Part shown: positions 8,583 to 19,610 of the stretch, piece by piece
Layout: every line of letters starts with the position of its first letter
How positions within the stretch are numbered: position 1 is the stretch's first letter
Source: Sphingobium sp.
GTDB lineage: Bacteria; Pseudomonadota; Alphaproteobacteria; Sphingomonadales; Sphingomonadaceae
Direction of reading: 5' to 3'
Length of the DNA: 64,000 bases
Assembly: GCA_049841255.1 (NCBI GenBank)
Contig: JASGDV010000218.1
Coordinates: 1,209 to 65,208 of the forward strand
The notes under the pieces: generated by a model
The model's database searches: none
The model's input: the letters and a program-made list of their open reading frames with translations, nothing else
What the model was told of the DNA's origin: nothing
Made by a program: the position numbers and the translations under genes

Positions 8583-10376
8583 TCAGTCGCTGCCGCCCGC
8601 CATCGCGTTTTTCCCGTCGGCGCGCGACAGGCGGACCAGACGGCTGCCCTTCGCGCCGGGGAAGGTCGGCCAAAGCCCCTGCGCCATGCCAGTGAGGCCG
8701 TCCGCCTTGCCCTGCGCCTGAATCTGATACATCCAATAGTTGCGCATGACGATGTTCACATAGGCGCGGGTTTCATAATAGGGCAGCGATTCCATGAAGA
8801 GCAGCGGATCGCCATTGTCCTTCACCTGCGTGTTCCACCGCTGCACGGGGAGCGGCCCGGCATTATAGGCGGCCATCACCTTGGGCAGCAGGCCGCCGGT
8901 CGCGCTCATGTCGCGCAGGGTTTCCAGATAACGCTGGCCATATTCCATATTGGTGGACGGCACGAACAGTTGCGCGGCGGAGGCCAGCCCCATGTCGCTG
9001 CCGGTGCCGGGGCGCACCTGCATCAGGCCGCGCGCGCCCGCCGAACTGACGGCATCGGTGCGGAAACCCGATTCCTGAAGCGTATGGGCGAACAGCAGCG
9101 ACGGGTCGACGCGCCAGCCGCCATCGGGCCTCCAGTCGGGCGCGGGGAAGCGTGCGAAACTTTCCGGCTGCTTTCCGGCGGGACCGTTATGCGCCAGCCA
9201 CAATTGCGTCGCAGGCAGGTTGAGGGCGCTGGCGAGGCGGAGCAACGCGTCATATTGCGCGGTGCCGCCCAGCTTGGCCTGATAGCGCAGGGCTTCGTCT
9301 GCCTTCGCCGATTGGCCGATGGCGGCGAAGACGATCGCCGCGCGGACATTGGGATTGGCCTTGAGCTGTTGCCATTCCGTTTCGCCGAAACGCGCGCCCA
9401 TCGCCGCGCCGCCGAGCGGCAATCCCAGGGATTCGCGGGCGAGAAGACCGTAGAAGGTTTCATCGGATCGGGCCGCGATCCGCAGCAGATTTTCGACTTT
9501 TTCGGGCTGGCCGCAGACCATATAGGCCCGCGCGGCCCAATAGGCGCCCGCCGCCCGCATATCGTCATTGCCTGCCAGCGCCGCCACATTGGCGAAAGCC
9601 GGGGCAGCGGTCAGGCAGTCATTCTGCCGCCAAGCGGCAAGGCCGGTCGTCCAGTGCGCCTGCACCGTCCAGTCGCCGCCCACCCGGGCCTCCAGCGCCC
9701 TGGCGGCCATGCGGCGCGCGTTGTTATCGTCGCTTTCGATATAATAAGCCCAGGCGACCCGCTGGCGCACTTCGGTCAACCCCTCCGGCGTCAGGCCCGC
9801 TTCGCCGGTGGCGAGCAGTCCTTCGGCCCCCGCCGGATCGTCATTCTTGACGAAGGCCTGGATGCGGCTGGCGAGGTTCTGCGCCAGCATATCCGTCCTG
9901 GTCGCGCGCACATATTCGCGGCGCGGCGCGGACCCCAGCCAGACGAGCTTCTGCACCTGAGGAAGATCGGGAAGAATGGTCGCGCCCCGTTTCTGGGCAA
10001 GGCGGGAAAGCTGATCCGCGCGCGGCAGCCATGACGCCTTGTTCAGCAGATCGAGCAGATCGAACAGTTCGACGCGCGGCGAATCCTTGGCCGTGTAAAG
10101 TTCGGCCAGCGCCACCGAACGCATGGGGTCATGTTGATCGAGGGACAGGATCATGGCTTTGGCGTCGGCCCATTTCTGGTCCTGAAGCGACGCGAAGATG
10201 GCGGCGTAGCGCGCCCTGTCCCCGTCGCTGAGGCGCAGGGGGCTGGAATCCGGGGTGCTCGCTTTCACAGGCAGGGCAGCCATCGCCGCCGTCGTTTCGG
10301 CCTTTGCTGGAATGACCGCCGCCGCTCCGATCATCAGGCAGGCGAGGCGGGAGAGGCGGGTTGCGGCGCGAATCAC
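8583..10376 (-). CDS. Soluble lytic murein transglycosylase (SLT domain)
   Basis: C-terminal SLT catalytic motif [20 protein letters not shown] and signal peptide [23 protein letters not shown] 10376 forms a GTGA overlap with the upstream stop. ATG 10418 is the alternative start. Confidence 0.85.
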   Translation of the reverse strand: MIRAATRLSRLACLMIGAAAVIPAKAETTAAMAALPVKASTPDSSPLRLSDGDRARYAAIFASLQDQKWADAKAMILSLDQHDPMRSVALAELYTAKDSPRVELFDLLDLLNKASWLPRADQLSRLAQKRGATILPDLPQVQKLVWLGSAPRREYVRATRTDMLAQNLASRIQAFVKNDDPAGAEGLLATGEAGLTPEGLTEVRQRVAWAYYIESDDNNARRMAARALEARVGGDWTVQAHWTTGLAAWRQNDCLTAAPAFANVAALAGNDDMRAAGAYWAARAYMVCGQPEKVENLLRIAARSDETFYGLLARESLGLPLGGAAMGARFGETEWQQLKANPNVRAAIVFAAIGQSAKADEALRYQAKLGGTAQYDALLRLASALNLPATQLWLAHNGPAGKQPESFARFPAPDWRPDGGWRVDPSLLFAHTLQESGFRTDAVSSAGARGLMQVRPGTGSDMGLASAAQLFVPSTNMEYGQRYLETLRDMSATGGLLPKVMAAYNAGPLPVQRWNTQVKDNGDPLLFMESLPYYETRAYVNIVMRNYWMYQIQAQGKADGLTGMAQGLWPTFPGAKGSRLVRLSRADGKNAMAGGSD

Positions 10377-11128
10377 GAACGGCTTTCCTCGATCAGGCTT
10401 TGCAGGGCATGCCAGCATTCCGCCTTGGCCGCCGACTGGCTAAGCAGGAGGCGCGGATGAAATGTGGCAATGGCGGGCAGCGTGCCGCCATCATGGTTAA
10501 AGAAACGTAAACGATTTGCGCCATCCGGGGCATCCGGCGGCAAAAGGGCACGGGTCGTCCGATCACCCAGCAACAGCAGCCGTCGCGGCGCCGCGAGCGC
10601 GACATGGGCGCGCATCCGCCGGACGGCGAAATCGATGTCGGCCGCCTCCACCATGCCGCCGGGCGGGCGGGACGTGAAAAGGGAGGCGATGTAGACATCC
10701 GCGCGGCTCATGCCGATGGCGCGCAGCATGGCGTCCAGCAAGGCCCCCGCGCGGTCGGCGAAAAGGCTGTGCGCGCTGACGTCCGCCGGATCGGGCATGT
10801 CGGTGACGATCATGACCGGCGCGGCCTGCGGTCCCGCGGGCATGATAGGAGAGGCGGGCCAGCGGCGTTCGGGCTGCGTCGCATCGCTGGCCAGCCAGTC
10901 GTGAAAGGCCGCGAGCGTCATAGGCATGACCGGGGCCGGGATGGCGTCGGCGGGCTTTGCGGCAGGGACGGGCGACGGGCGCAGCCAGTTCACGGGAGCC
11001 TCGCTCACCGCGTCATCGACCCCGGCTTGCGCCCACCATGAAAGATAGGCGTCGGCCGCCGCCGGCAAGTTAATCTGCAATGCACCCCGCATAGTTCTTC
11101 TAGGGCCAGAGGTTGACGCCGTGGTCAA
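10373..11128 (-). CDS. Uracil-DNA glycosylase superfamily (family 4-like) protein
   Basis: C-terminal UDG-type domain (IVTDMPD, DRAGALLDAMLRAIGMSRADVYIASLF, RPPGG, FHPRLLL). The start could be TTG 11128 or ATG 11092. Confidence 0.7.
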   Translation of the reverse strand: MTTASTSGPRRTMRGALQINLPAAADAYLSWWAQAGVDDAVSEAPVNWLRPSPVPAAKPADAIPAPVMPMTLAAFHDWLASDATQPERRWPASPIMPAGPQAAPVMIVTDMPDPADVSAHSLFADRAGALLDAMLRAIGMSRADVYIASLFTSRPPGGMVEAADIDFAVRRMRAHVALAAPRRLLLLGDRTTRALLPPDAPDGANRLRFFNHDGGTLPAIATFHPRLLLSQSAAKAECWHALQSLIEESRS

Positions 11129-11221
11129 GAATCTTCATCGCGCTACATGTCAGATTGTTGGAGTAATGCGGCGACCGGATGAGAGACGGAAAGCCTGCCG
11201 GACGTGCGAGATGGAGGGAAT

Positions 11222-12874
11222 ATGAGCGAACGGGAATCGATGCCCTATGACATCGTCATCGTCGGCGGCGGGCCTGCGGGCCTGTCGGCGGCTATCCGGC
11301 TGAAACAGCTGGCGAACGATGCGGGACAGGAACTGGCGGTATGCGTGCTGGAAAAGGGGTCCGAAATCGGCGCCCATATCCTGTCCGGCGCGGTGATCGA
11401 TCCCAAGGCGCTCGACGAGCTTTTGCCTGAATGGCGGGATCAGGGCTGTTCGCTGGCCGAAGTGCCGGTGACGGACAACCAGCACTGGTTCCTGACCAGG
11501 GGCGGCAAGATGGCCATGCCGCACATCATGACGCCGGGCTGGATGCACAACAAGGGCACCTATACCGGATCGCTGGGCAATCTTTGCCGCTGGCTGGCGG
11601 AGCAGGCCGAAGGGCTGGGCGTCGAAATCTTCCCTGGCTTCGCGGCGGCGGAAATCCTCTATAATGAGGATGGCAGCGTGAAGGGCGTCGCCACCGGCGA
11701 CATGGGCATCGACCGCGAGGGCAACAGGAAAGCGGATTATCAGCCGGGGCTGGAACTGCATGCGAAATATACCTTCTTCGCGGAAGGCGCGCGCGGGCAC
11801 CTGACCAAGATATTGAAGCGCCAGTTCGATCTGGACGCCGACAGCCAGCCGCAGGTCTATGGCATCGGCATGAAGGAATTGTGGGACATCGATCCCGCCA
11901 AGCACAAGCCGGGCCTGGTCATCCATACGCAGGGCTGGCCGCTGACGGACGCCTATGGCGGCGGCTTCCTCTATCATCAGGCCAATGGGCAGGTGGCGTT
12001 GGGCTTCGTGGTGGGCCTGGGTTACCGCAATCCCTATCTTTATCCGTTCGAGGAGTTCCAGCGCTGGAAGCAGCATCCGGAAATCCGCAAGTTCCTGGAG
12101 GGCGGACGCCGCGTGTCCTATGGCGCGCGCGCGATCAACGAAGGCGGCTGGCAGTCGATCCCGAAGCTGGTCTTCCCCGGCGGCGCGCTGATCGGCTGTT
12201 CGGCGGGCTTCGTGAACGTGCCGCGCATCAAGGGCACGCATACCGCGATGAAGTCCGGCATGCTGGCCGCTGAAGCCGCGTTCGAGGCGATCCAGAATGA
12301 GCGCGCCCGCGATGTGCTGCATGATTATGAGGATCGCCTGCGTTCGAGCTGGGTCGCGAAGGAACTGCAACTCGTCAAGAATGCCGAGCCGTTGCTGTCG
12401 AAGTTCGGCAACACCATCGGCACGCTGCTGGCCGGGATCGACATGTGGATGCGCACACTCAAGATCGGCCTGCCCTTCACGATGAAGCACAAGCCCGATT
12501 GCGAGAAGATCTGGCCCAAGGACGCATGCCAGAAGATCGCCTATCCCAAGCCCGATGGCGTCATCAGCTTCGATCGCCTCTCCTCCGTGTTCCTGTCGAA
12601 CACCAATCATGAGGAGGATCAGCCGGTCCATCTGCAACTGAAGGACCCGTCGATCCCGATCAGCTACAACCTGCCCATCTATGACGAACCGGCGCAGCGT
12701 TATTGCCCGGCGGGCGTCTATGAAGTGGTGGGCCTGGACGAAGGCAATCCGCGGTTCCAGATCAACGCGCAGAATTGCGTCCATTGCAAGACCTGCGACA
12801 TCAAGGACCCGACCCAGAATATCAATTGGGTGGTACCGGAAGGCGGCGGAGGACCGAACTATCCCAATATGTAA
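11222..12874 (+). CDS. Electron-transfer flavoprotein:ubiquinone oxidoreductase
   Basis: FAD motif [16 protein letters not shown] and a C-terminal ferredoxin-like cluster [19 protein letters not shown]. Full-length collinearity with ETF-QO. Confidence 0.9.
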   Translation: MSERESMPYDIVIVGGGPAGLSAAIRLKQLANDAGQELAVCVLEKGSEIGAHILSGAVIDPKALDELLPEWRDQGCSLAEVPVTDNQHWFLTRGGKMAMPHIMTPGWMHNKGTYTGSLGNLCRWLAEQAEGLGVEIFPGFAAAEILYNEDGSVKGVATGDMGIDREGNRKADYQPGLELHAKYTFFAEGARGHLTKILKRQFDLDADSQPQVYGIGMKELWDIDPAKHKPGLVIHTQGWPLTDAYGGGFLYHQANGQVALGFVVGLGYRNPYLYPFEEFQRWKQHPEIRKFLEGGRRVSYGARAINEGGWQSIPKLVFPGGALIGCSAGFVNVPRIKGTHTAMKSGMLAAEAAFEAIQNERARDVLHDYEDRLRSSWVAKELQLVKNAEPLLSKFGNTIGTLLAGIDMWMRTLKIGLPFTMKHKPDCEKIWPKDACQKIAYPKPDGVISFDRLSSVFLSNTNHEEDQPVHLQLKDPSIPISYNLPIYDEPAQRYCPAGVYEVVGLDEGNPRFQINAQNCVHCKTCDIKDPTQNINWVVPEGGGGPNYPNM

Positions 12875-14519
12875 GCGCATCGCTGTTTTGGGACTGCTGG
12901 CGCTGCCCTTTGCCGCTGAGGCATCGGTGGCGCCGGACAGCGCGCTTCATGCCTATGCGCGCGCGCGGCTGGCCGATGGAGATGGGGCATCCCCGCTGGC
13001 GGTCGCGAATTACAGGCTGGCGCTGGACGACGATCCGGCCAGTCCTGCCATCGCGCGGCGGTCCTATCTTCGCGCGCTGGAAAGCGGCGATTTTCCTTTG
13101 GCGCTGCGATCCGCGCGACTGCTGGACGCGGCGGGCCTGTTGCCGCGCGACGGGACGCTGCTGTATATCGGCGAGGCCCTCGCTCGCAAGGATTGGGCGG
13201 GGGCGCGGGCATGGACGGACCGCATGGCGGAGGAGGGCAATTTCGCCTTTCTCGCGCCGCTTGTGCGAAGCTGGATTTCGCTGGGCGAAGGGAATTATGC
13301 CGCGCCCATCCTTGTCGCGAAGAATCGTCCTGATGCGCTGGCGCGGCGCTATCTGGATGAGCAGGTCGCCTTGCAGGCCCTGGCGCGGGGAGATGTCGGG
13401 GCGGCGCTGCCCGCCATTCAGGGCGCCCTTGCCATGCGCGCCAACGATCAGGATGCCTTGCGTCTGACCTTTGCCGCGCAACTGGCCAATCTGCGCGCGA
13501 CGGAGCAGGCGCTTGCCCTTCTGCCGGACGATGAAGCGAATTTCGCTCTGGCGCGCGCCGACATTCAGAAAGGACGAAGCAAGAGGGTGCGCCGGGAAGG
13601 CGCGCCACTGACGCCTGCTCAGGGCTTCGGACACCTGCTGGCGCGGCTGGCCGTGGATGCGGATGCGATGGAAGGAGGCGGGAATCTGGCGGTCCGGCTG
13701 GCGCGCATCGCGACCTTTGCCGATCCGGGTGCGGAAAGCGGCATCGTGGTTGCGCGTCTGCTGACCGAAAACGGCAATCCGGCCATGGGCATGGCCGAAG
13801 CGCGCAAGGTGCCTGTTACCGCCTATCATGGCGCATTGGCGCAGGCGGAACTGGTCGCCGCCATGGCTGAGGCGGGGCAGGATGACGCCGCCATCGCGCT
13901 GGCGCGGTCCATGGCGCAAGCGCCTCACGCCGAAGCCGAGCGTTTCGTGCGCCTTGGCAGCCTGCTGGCGGGCCGGAAGGATTTTGACGGCGCGGTGGAA
14001 GCATTCCGTGCCGCGCAGACGCATTTCCCTTCCGATTCCGTCCCCTGGACGCTGCTGCTGTTCGAAGGCAGCGCGCTGGAGCAGGGTAAACGGTGGGAGG
14101 AAGCCCGCGCCGTGCTGGAACGCGCGGCGAAGATCGCGCCGAATGAGCCGATGATATTGAATTATCTTGGCTATGCGCAGATCGAACGGCGGCAGAATGT
14201 GGATGAAGCGTTGGCATTGTTGAAGAAGGCCAGCAGTCTGAAGCCGGACGATCCGTCGATCACGGACTCGCTGGGCTGGGCGCAGTTCGTCGCGGGACAT
14301 GTGGAAGCGGCCGTCCCGGTGCTGGAAAAGGCGGCGGCAGGCGCGCCGGGCGATGCGACGATCAACGAGCATTTGGGGGATGCCTTGTGGGCGGCGGGGC
14401 GTCGTTATGAAGCGCGTTATGCATGGAAGGCGGCGGCTGCCTTCGCGGAGGGCGCGGTGGCCGAACGGCTGGCGGCGAAAGCGAGGGAAGGCATGAAGCC
14501 CGAATATGCCGCTCCTTGA
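12867..14519 (+). CDS. Secreted tetratricopeptide-repeat protein (start codon uncertain)
   Basis: TPR-like repeats run throughout, and a signal-peptide-like N-terminus ([18 protein letters not shown]) sits directly after the ETF-QO stop. There is no ATG/GTG in frame there. Candidate starts are ATA 12867, ATC 12861 and TTG 12888. Confidence 0.65.
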   Translation: MCKRIAVLGLLALPFAAEASVAPDSALHAYARARLADGDGASPLAVANYRLALDDDPASPAIARRSYLRALESGDFPLALRSARLLDAAGLLPRDGTLLYIGEALARKDWAGARAWTDRMAEEGNFAFLAPLVRSWISLGEGNYAAPILVAKNRPDALARRYLDEQVALQALARGDVGAALPAIQGALAMRANDQDALRLTFAAQLANLRATEQALALLPDDEANFALARADIQKGRSKRVRREGAPLTPAQGFGHLLARLAVDADAMEGGGNLAVRLARIATFADPGAESGIVVARLLTENGNPAMGMAEARKVPVTAYHGALAQAELVAAMAEAGQDDAAIALARSMAQAPHAEAERFVRLGSLLAGRKDFDGAVEAFRAAQTHFPSDSVPWTLLLFEGSALEQGKRWEEARAVLERAAKIAPNEPMILNYLGYAQIERRQNVDEALALLKKASSLKPDDPSITDSLGWAQFVAGHVEAAVPVLEKAAAGAPGDATINEHLGDALWAAGRRYEARYAWKAAAAFAEGAVAERLAAKAREGMKPEYAAP

Positions 14520-15390
14520 TTCCGATATGAAATATGACAGGCAAGCTGTTGAAACAGCTTATGCCAAGGTCAATCTGGCCCTGCATGTTCGCCACCGTCG
14601 ACCGGATGGTTATCATGCGTTGGAAAGCCTGTTTGCCTTCGCGCAGGATGGGGACATGATCGAAGGGCGTGTCACCGACGATGGAGCGATCACGCTTCTG
14701 GTTGATGGGCCGTTCGGGGCGCAACTGGATGCAGGCGCGGACAATCTGGCGGTGAAGGCGGCCATGGTGCTGCGCGACTGGTTGGGCGAGCCGCGCGGCG
14801 CCGTGCTGCGCCTGACCAAGAATCTGCCCGTGGCATCCGGTATCGGCGGAGGCTCCGCGGATGCGGCGGCGACGCTGCGATTGTTGAACGGACTGTGGGA
14901 TGCGAGGATCGAACGGCCCGCGCTGGAGCAATTGGCGCTGGAAATCGGATCGGACGTGCCCGCCTGCATCGCCAGCACCACGCGCCGGGTCCGTGGGCGT
15001 GGGGAAGTATTGGAAGATCATGACTTGCCGGGGTTGGCCGGAAAGCCGCTGCTGCTGGTCAATCCCGGCGTGGGGCTTTCGACGGGGTCCGTCTTTGCCG
15101 GATGGGATGGGGTGGATCGCGGTGCGCTGGCTGCGGACAGTCTGGCGCAGCTCCGTATGAAGGGACGCAATGACCTTGAAAGTTCAGCGATAAAGCAAGC
15201 CCCGGTGATCGGGGATGTCCTTGCGCGGCTGGAGCGATGCGAGGGAAGGCTGCTGTCCCGCATGTCGGGATCGGGGGCGACCTGCTTCGCCTTGTTCGAA
15301 GCGGGCGCTGGCATGCAGGCAGCGGCGCGGGCGTTGTCCGCAGAATATCCTGAATGGTGGATCATGGAAACGCGGGTCAGAACGGCATGA
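14506..15390 (+). CDS. ispE: 4-diphosphocytidyl-2-C-methyl-D-erythritol kinase
   Basis: AKVNLALHV and the GHMP-kinase motif PVASGIGGGSADAAA. Alternative start ATG 14527. Confidence 0.85.
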   Translation: MPLLDSDMKYDRQAVETAYAKVNLALHVRHRRPDGYHALESLFAFAQDGDMIEGRVTDDGAITLLVDGPFGAQLDAGADNLAVKAAMVLRDWLGEPRGAVLRLTKNLPVASGIGGGSADAAATLRLLNGLWDARIERPALEQLALEIGSDVPACIASTTRRVRGRGEVLEDHDLPGLAGKPLLLVNPGVGLSTGSVFAGWDGVDRGALAADSLAQLRMKGRNDLESSAIKQAPVIGDVLARLERCEGRLLSRMSGSGATCFALFEAGAGMQAAARALSAEYPEWWIMETRVRTA

Positions 15391-16103
15391 ATGAAGCCTG
15401 GACGCAGATCGAGGGCGGCGGTCTCGATATTCTCATCATCGCCGATCACGCATCGGCTCATGTGCCGGACGACATCGATCTCGGCATCGATCCAGCGCTG
15501 CTCAGGGAACATATCGCGGTCGACATCGGCGTGGCGGAGGTGAGCGCGGCGATCGCGCGGCAACTGGGCTGCACGGCGATTTTGGGCGGGGTGTCGCGTC
15601 TGGTGATTGACCTTAATCGGGAGGAGGATGCGCCGGGCCTGCTGCCGGTGATGAGCGATGGCCACGCGATTCCCGGCAATCGCGACGCGGACCTTGCCGA
15701 ACGGATGATCCGCTTTCACCATCCCTATCATCATCGGATCGGGCGATTGCTGGACGGCATGACGTCGCCCTTCATCCTGTCGGTGCACAGTTTCACGCCT
15801 CGCCTCGCCAGCGATCCTGACCAGCAGCGGCCATGGGATATCGGCGTCCTTTATAATGAGGATGACCGGGCGGCGCGCATCGCCATCCCCTTGCTGGAAG
15901 CGGCGGGCCTGAATGTGGGCGATCAGCAGCCCTATTCCGGCCGACTGCTTAACGCGACGATGAATCGTCATGCCGAAGCCGATGGAATCCCCTATCTGGG
16001 GATCGAGATGCGGCAGGATCTGGTCGGGGATGAGGCCGGGCAGCGGCGCTTTGCGGAAATATTGGGTCCAATTGCGCTGGAATGCCGCAATAGACTTGCG
16101 TGA
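15387..16103 (+). CDS. N-formylglutamate amidohydrolase family protein
   Basis: FGase-family pattern (ILIIADHASAHVP, SVHSFTP). ATGA overlap with the ispE stop. Confidence 0.75.
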   Translation: MNEAWTQIEGGGLDILIIADHASAHVPDDIDLGIDPALLREHIAVDIGVAEVSAAIARQLGCTAILGGVSRLVIDLNREEDAPGLLPVMSDGHAIPGNRDADLAERMIRFHHPYHHRIGRLLDGMTSPFILSVHSFTPRLASDPDQQRPWDIGVLYNEDDRAARIAIPLLEAAGLNVGDQQPYSGRLLNATMNRHAEADGIPYLGIEMRQDLVGDEAGQRRFAEILGPIALECRNRLA

Positions 16104-16148
16104 CTCGCTCTTTTTTGGAAAGAGGCGCGCGCAACAAGGGTAGGTTTT

Positions 16149-17870
16149 ATGTCTCATACGTTCGACAAGTCGAAGCTGCCGAGCCGCTATGTCTCGGTCG
16201 GTCCGGAACGCGCGCCGCAGCGCAGCTATTATTATGCGATGGGCCTGACGGAAGAAGAGATCGCCCGGCCCTTCGTAGGCATCGCTTCGGCGGGCAACGA
16301 CTCCGCCCCCTGCAACACCACGCTGGACATGCAGGCGGACTGGTGCCGCCAGGGCGTGAACGAAGCGGGCGGGATGCCGCGCCGGTTCAACACCATCACC
16401 GTGACCGACGGCATCGCCATGGGTCATCAGGGCATGAAAAGCTCGCTGGTCAGCCGTGAGGTGATCGCGGATTCGGTCGAGCTTTCCGTGCGCGGCCATT
16501 GCTATGACGCGCTCGTCACCTTCGCCGGTTGCGACAAGTCGCTGCCGGGCATGATGATGGCGATGCTCCGGCTCAACGTGCCGTCGATCTTCGTCTATGG
16601 CGGATCGATCCTGCCGGGCCGCTATCAGGAGCGTGACCTGACCGTCATCGACGTGTTCGAAGTGGTGGGACGCTATGCCGCCGGGAATTGCCCGCTGTCG
16701 GAAGTCACGGCCATCGAGAAGGCCGCTTGTCCGGGCCATGGCGCTTGCGGCGGGCAATATACCGCCAATACCATGGCTTGCGTCGGGGAGGCGATCGGTT
16801 TGTCCTTGCCAAACAGCAACATGGCGCCTGCTCCTTATAAATCGCGCGAGGAGATCGCGGTCGCGGCGGGGCGGCAGATCATGGAGTTGCTGGCGAAGAA
16901 TATCCGTCCGCGCGACATCTGCACGCGGGAGGCTTTCGAGAACGCCGCGCGCATCGTGGCGGCCACGGGCGGTTCGACCAATGGCGCGCTGCACCTGCCC
17001 GCCATGGCGAGCGAATGCGGTATCGACTTCGACCTGTTCGACGTGGCGGAAATCTTCAAGACGACACCTTATATCGCGGATCTGAAGCCCGGCGGCCGCT
17101 ATGTCGCCAGGGATATGCATGACGCGGGCGGCATCTATATGCTGATGAAGACGCTGCATCACGAGGGTTTCCTGCATGGCGATTGCATGACCGTCACCGG
17201 CAAGACGCTGGCCGAGAATATCGACGAGGTGACATGGAACCCCGATCAGAAGGTCATCTATGACGCCAGGACGCCGATCACCCCAACGGGCGGCGTGGTC
17301 GGTTTGAAAGGGTCTCTGGCTCCCAATGGCGCGATCGTGAAGGTCGCGGGGATGCATCGCCTGCAATTCAGCGGGCCCGCCATCGTGTTCGAGCGGGAGG
17401 AAGATGCCTTCGCCGCGGTCGAGGCCAACCAGATCAAGGAAGGCTCCGTCATCGTCATCCGCTATGAAGGGCCCAAGGGCGGCCCCGGCATGCGGGAGAT
17501 GCTGGCGACGACCGCCGCGCTTTATGGGCAGGGATTGGGCGAGAAAGTGGCGCTCATCACCGACGGGCGCTTCTCCGGCGGCACGCGCGGTTTCTGCATC
17601 GGGCATGTGGGGCCCGAAGCGGCGGAGGGCGGTCCCATCGCGCTGGTCGAAAATGGCGACATCATCGCCATCGATGCGGAAGCGGGCACCATCGACCTGC
17701 AGGTGGACGAAGCCGTTCTGGCCGAACGCCGCAAGAATTGGCAGCCGCGCCAGAATGATTATCAATCCGGCGCATTGTGGCGCTATGCGCAGAATGTGGG
17801 TCCCGCCTATAAGGGAGCGGTGACGCATCCCGGAGCGAAGGCCGAAACCCATGTCTATGCGGATATCTGA
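16149..17870 (+). CDS. ilvD: Dihydroxy-acid dehydratase
   Basis: Full-length IlvD/Edd collinearity ([32 protein letters not shown]). Confidence 0.95.
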   Translation: MSHTFDKSKLPSRYVSVGPERAPQRSYYYAMGLTEEEIARPFVGIASAGNDSAPCNTTLDMQADWCRQGVNEAGGMPRRFNTITVTDGIAMGHQGMKSSLVSREVIADSVELSVRGHCYDALVTFAGCDKSLPGMMMAMLRLNVPSIFVYGGSILPGRYQERDLTVIDVFEVVGRYAAGNCPLSEVTAIEKAACPGHGACGGQYTANTMACVGEAIGLSLPNSNMAPAPYKSREEIAVAAGRQIMELLAKNIRPRDICTREAFENAARIVAATGGSTNGALHLPAMASECGIDFDLFDVAEIFKTTPYIADLKPGGRYVARDMHDAGGIYMLMKTLHHEGFLHGDCMTVTGKTLAENIDEVTWNPDQKVIYDARTPITPTGGVVGLKGSLAPNGAIVKVAGMHRLQFSGPAIVFEREEDAFAAVEANQIKEGSVIVIRYEGPKGGPGMREMLATTAALYGQGLGEKVALITDGRFSGGTRGFCIGHVGPEAAEGGPIALVENGDIIAIDAEAGTIDLQVDEAVLAERRKNWQPRQNDYQSGALWRYAQNVGPAYKGAVTHPGAKAETHVYADI

Positions 17871-17874
17871 TGGA

Positions 17875-18219
17875 ATGATCGGGGCGGGGCTGCTGTGCCT
17901 CGCCCTGTCGGCCTGCGGCAAGCAAGCGTCCGATGGCGGCCAGGCCGCCAGTGACGATGGCAAGATTGAATGCGCCATGGGCGCGAAAGCCGGTTGGGCG
18001 CGTGACTGCGTGGCGGAACGGCAGGGCGATGTGCTGCTGTTGCGTCATGCCGATGGCGGTTTCCGGCGTTTCGCCATCGTGAAGGATGGGCGCGGCCTCG
18101 TTCCCGCCGATGGGGCCGAGCAGGCGCAGGTCGATATTTCCGGCGATCGGCAGATCGAATTGACGGTGGGGGACGATCGCTACCGCCTTCCCGCCACCAT
18201 CGCGGGAGCGGCCCGCTGA
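17875..18219 (+). CDS. Small putative lipoprotein
   Basis: Lipobox LLCLALSAC at the N-terminus. The ORF fills the ilvD-nnr gap. I recognised no family. Confidence 0.5.
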   Translation: MIGAGLLCLALSACGKQASDGGQAASDDGKIECAMGAKAGWARDCVAERQGDVLLLRHADGGFRRFAIVKDGRGLVPADGAEQAQVDISGDRQIELTVGDDRYRLPATIAGAAR

Positions 18220-19610
18220 GCATCGGCGATCCCGTCCTGACGGCGGCCCGGATGCGAGCGGCCGAGCAGGCGGTCATCGCATCGGGCGTGCCTGAATATG
18301 ATTTGATGGAGCGCGCGGGCGCGGCTGCCGCCGAGATCATCTGGCGGGCAGGAGGATTGCGAGACGCGCTGGTTCTGTGCGGTCCGGGCAATAATGGCGG
18401 AGACGGCTTCGTCATCGCGCGGATTTTGCGGGCGAAGGGCGTGCCGGTGCGGGTCGCCGCGCCGGGAGAGAGCCGGACGGCCTCCAGCCTTCGCGCGCGC
18501 GCCGCATGGGCGGGGCCAGTGGAACCGCTGACCGACGCGAAGCCCGCCGCGCAATTCATAGACGCCCTGTTCGGCACCGGACTGACGCGCGGGTTGGACG
18601 AGCGGATCGCCGGTGAGTTGAACAGACTCGCGGGTCTTGCAAGCCATAGTTATGCCATAGACCTGCCGAGCGGGGTGGAAACCGATAGCGGATCGCTGCT
18701 TTCGCCTGTGCCGCATTTTGGCATGGGCATCGCGTTGGGCGCGTTGAAGCCCGCGCACCTGCTTTATCCGGCGGCGGGCAGGATGGCGCATGTGATCTGC
18801 GCGGACATCGGCATCGCGGCGACATCCGATATTGGCCGCCTTGCGCCGCCGCCCATAGATCCTCCCGCCACCGACGCGCATAAATATAGCCGTGGCCTTA
18901 TGGCGGTCGTGGGCGGAGCGATGGCGGGGGCAAGCCTGCTCGCCAGCCATGCCGCGGCCCGATCCGGTGCGGGCATGGTGCGCAGGATCGCCGCCGATGC
19001 AGGGACGGGCGGACCCTGTTCCATCGTCACCAGCCATGCGGAAACGGCGGCAGAGGTGGAATCGGCTCTGAATGACGGGCGGCTGGCGGCGGTTCTGGTC
19101 GGGCCGGGACTTGGCCGGGACGACGAGGCCCGCGAGCGCCTGCACATTGCCTTGAAAAGCGGCCGTCCTCTGGTTCTGGATGCCGATGCGCTCAATATAT
19201 TGGCGGAAGCGGGCGGCGACCCTCTGCCTGCCGATGCGATCCTGACGCCCCATGAAGCGGAGTTCACCCGCCTGTTCGGCGATTTGCCGGGCAGCAAGAT
19301 CGACCGCGCTCTGGAAGCGGCGCGCCGGTCGCGCTGCGTCGTGGTCTATAAAGGGCCGGATACCGTCATCGCCGCGCCGGACGGGCGCGCGGCGGTCGCA
19401 AGCCGTGGTTCCTCCTGGCTTTCCACGGCGGGGACGGGGGATGTGCTGGCGGGGCTGGTCGCGGGGAGGCTGGCCGTGACGCGGGACGGATACCGGGCTG
19501 CTTGCGAAGCGGTCTGGCTGCATGGCGAAACCGCGCGGCGAGCAGGCGCGGCCTTTATCGCGGATGATTTGATCGAACGGCTTCCCGGCGCTATTGCCCG
19601 CCGCCTGTGA
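18216..19610 (+). CDS. nnr: Bifunctional NAD(P)H-hydrate epimerase / ADP-dependent dehydratase (first canonical ATG at 18252)
   Basis: YjeF N-domain (LVLCGPGNNGGDGFV) plus a C-terminal carbohydrate-kinase domain (GTGDVLAG). The N-terminal PVLTAAR sequence lies upstream of the first ATG. Confidence 0.85.
   Translation: MSIGDPVLTAARMRAAEQAVIASGVPEYDLMERAGAAAAEIIWRAGGLRDALVLCGPGNNGGDGFVIARILRAKGVPVRVAAPGESRTASSLRARAAWAGPVEPLTDAKPAAQFIDALFGTGLTRGLDERIAGELNRLAGLASHSYAIDLPSGVETDSGSLLSPVPHFGMGIALGALKPAHLLYPAAGRMAHVICADIGIAATSDIGRLAPPPIDPPATDAHKYSRGLMAVVGGAMAGASLLASHAAARSGAGMVRRIAADAGTGGPCSIVTSHAETAAEVESALNDGRLAAVLVGPGLGRDDEARERLHIALKSGRPLVLDADALNILAEAGGDPLPADAILTPHEAEFTRLFGDLPGSKIDRALEAARRSRCVVVYKGPDTVIAAPDGRAAVASRGSSWLSTAGTGDVLAGLVAGRLAVTRDGYRAACEAVWLHGETARRAGAAFIADDLIERLPGAIARRL

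Noticed and set aside
11222-11234. gcgaacggg at the ETF-QO start, resembling the family-A end.
   Set aside because: It lies inside a coding sequence (MSERES), is an isolated 9-mer with no adjacent GCTC/TCGA motif, and is probably coincidental.
12681-12866. ATG 12681 as the start of the TPR protein.
   Set aside because: It would overlap ETF-QO by 194 nt and add a highly basic, non-conserved-looking peptide ahead of an otherwise perfect signal peptide.
8409-14372. Long antisense ORFs 8409-10034(+), 11150-12880(-) and 12822-14372(-).
   Set aside because: Each lies opposite a gene with clear family motifs (SLT, ETF-QO, TPR). The sequences are low-complexity and Arg/Gly/Pro-rich, with no SD-supported starts.
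15018-17978. 986-aa ORF on the minus strand.
   Set aside because: It lies antisense to the FGase gene and ilvD, which have full-length family collinearity. The composition is that of a shadow ORF.
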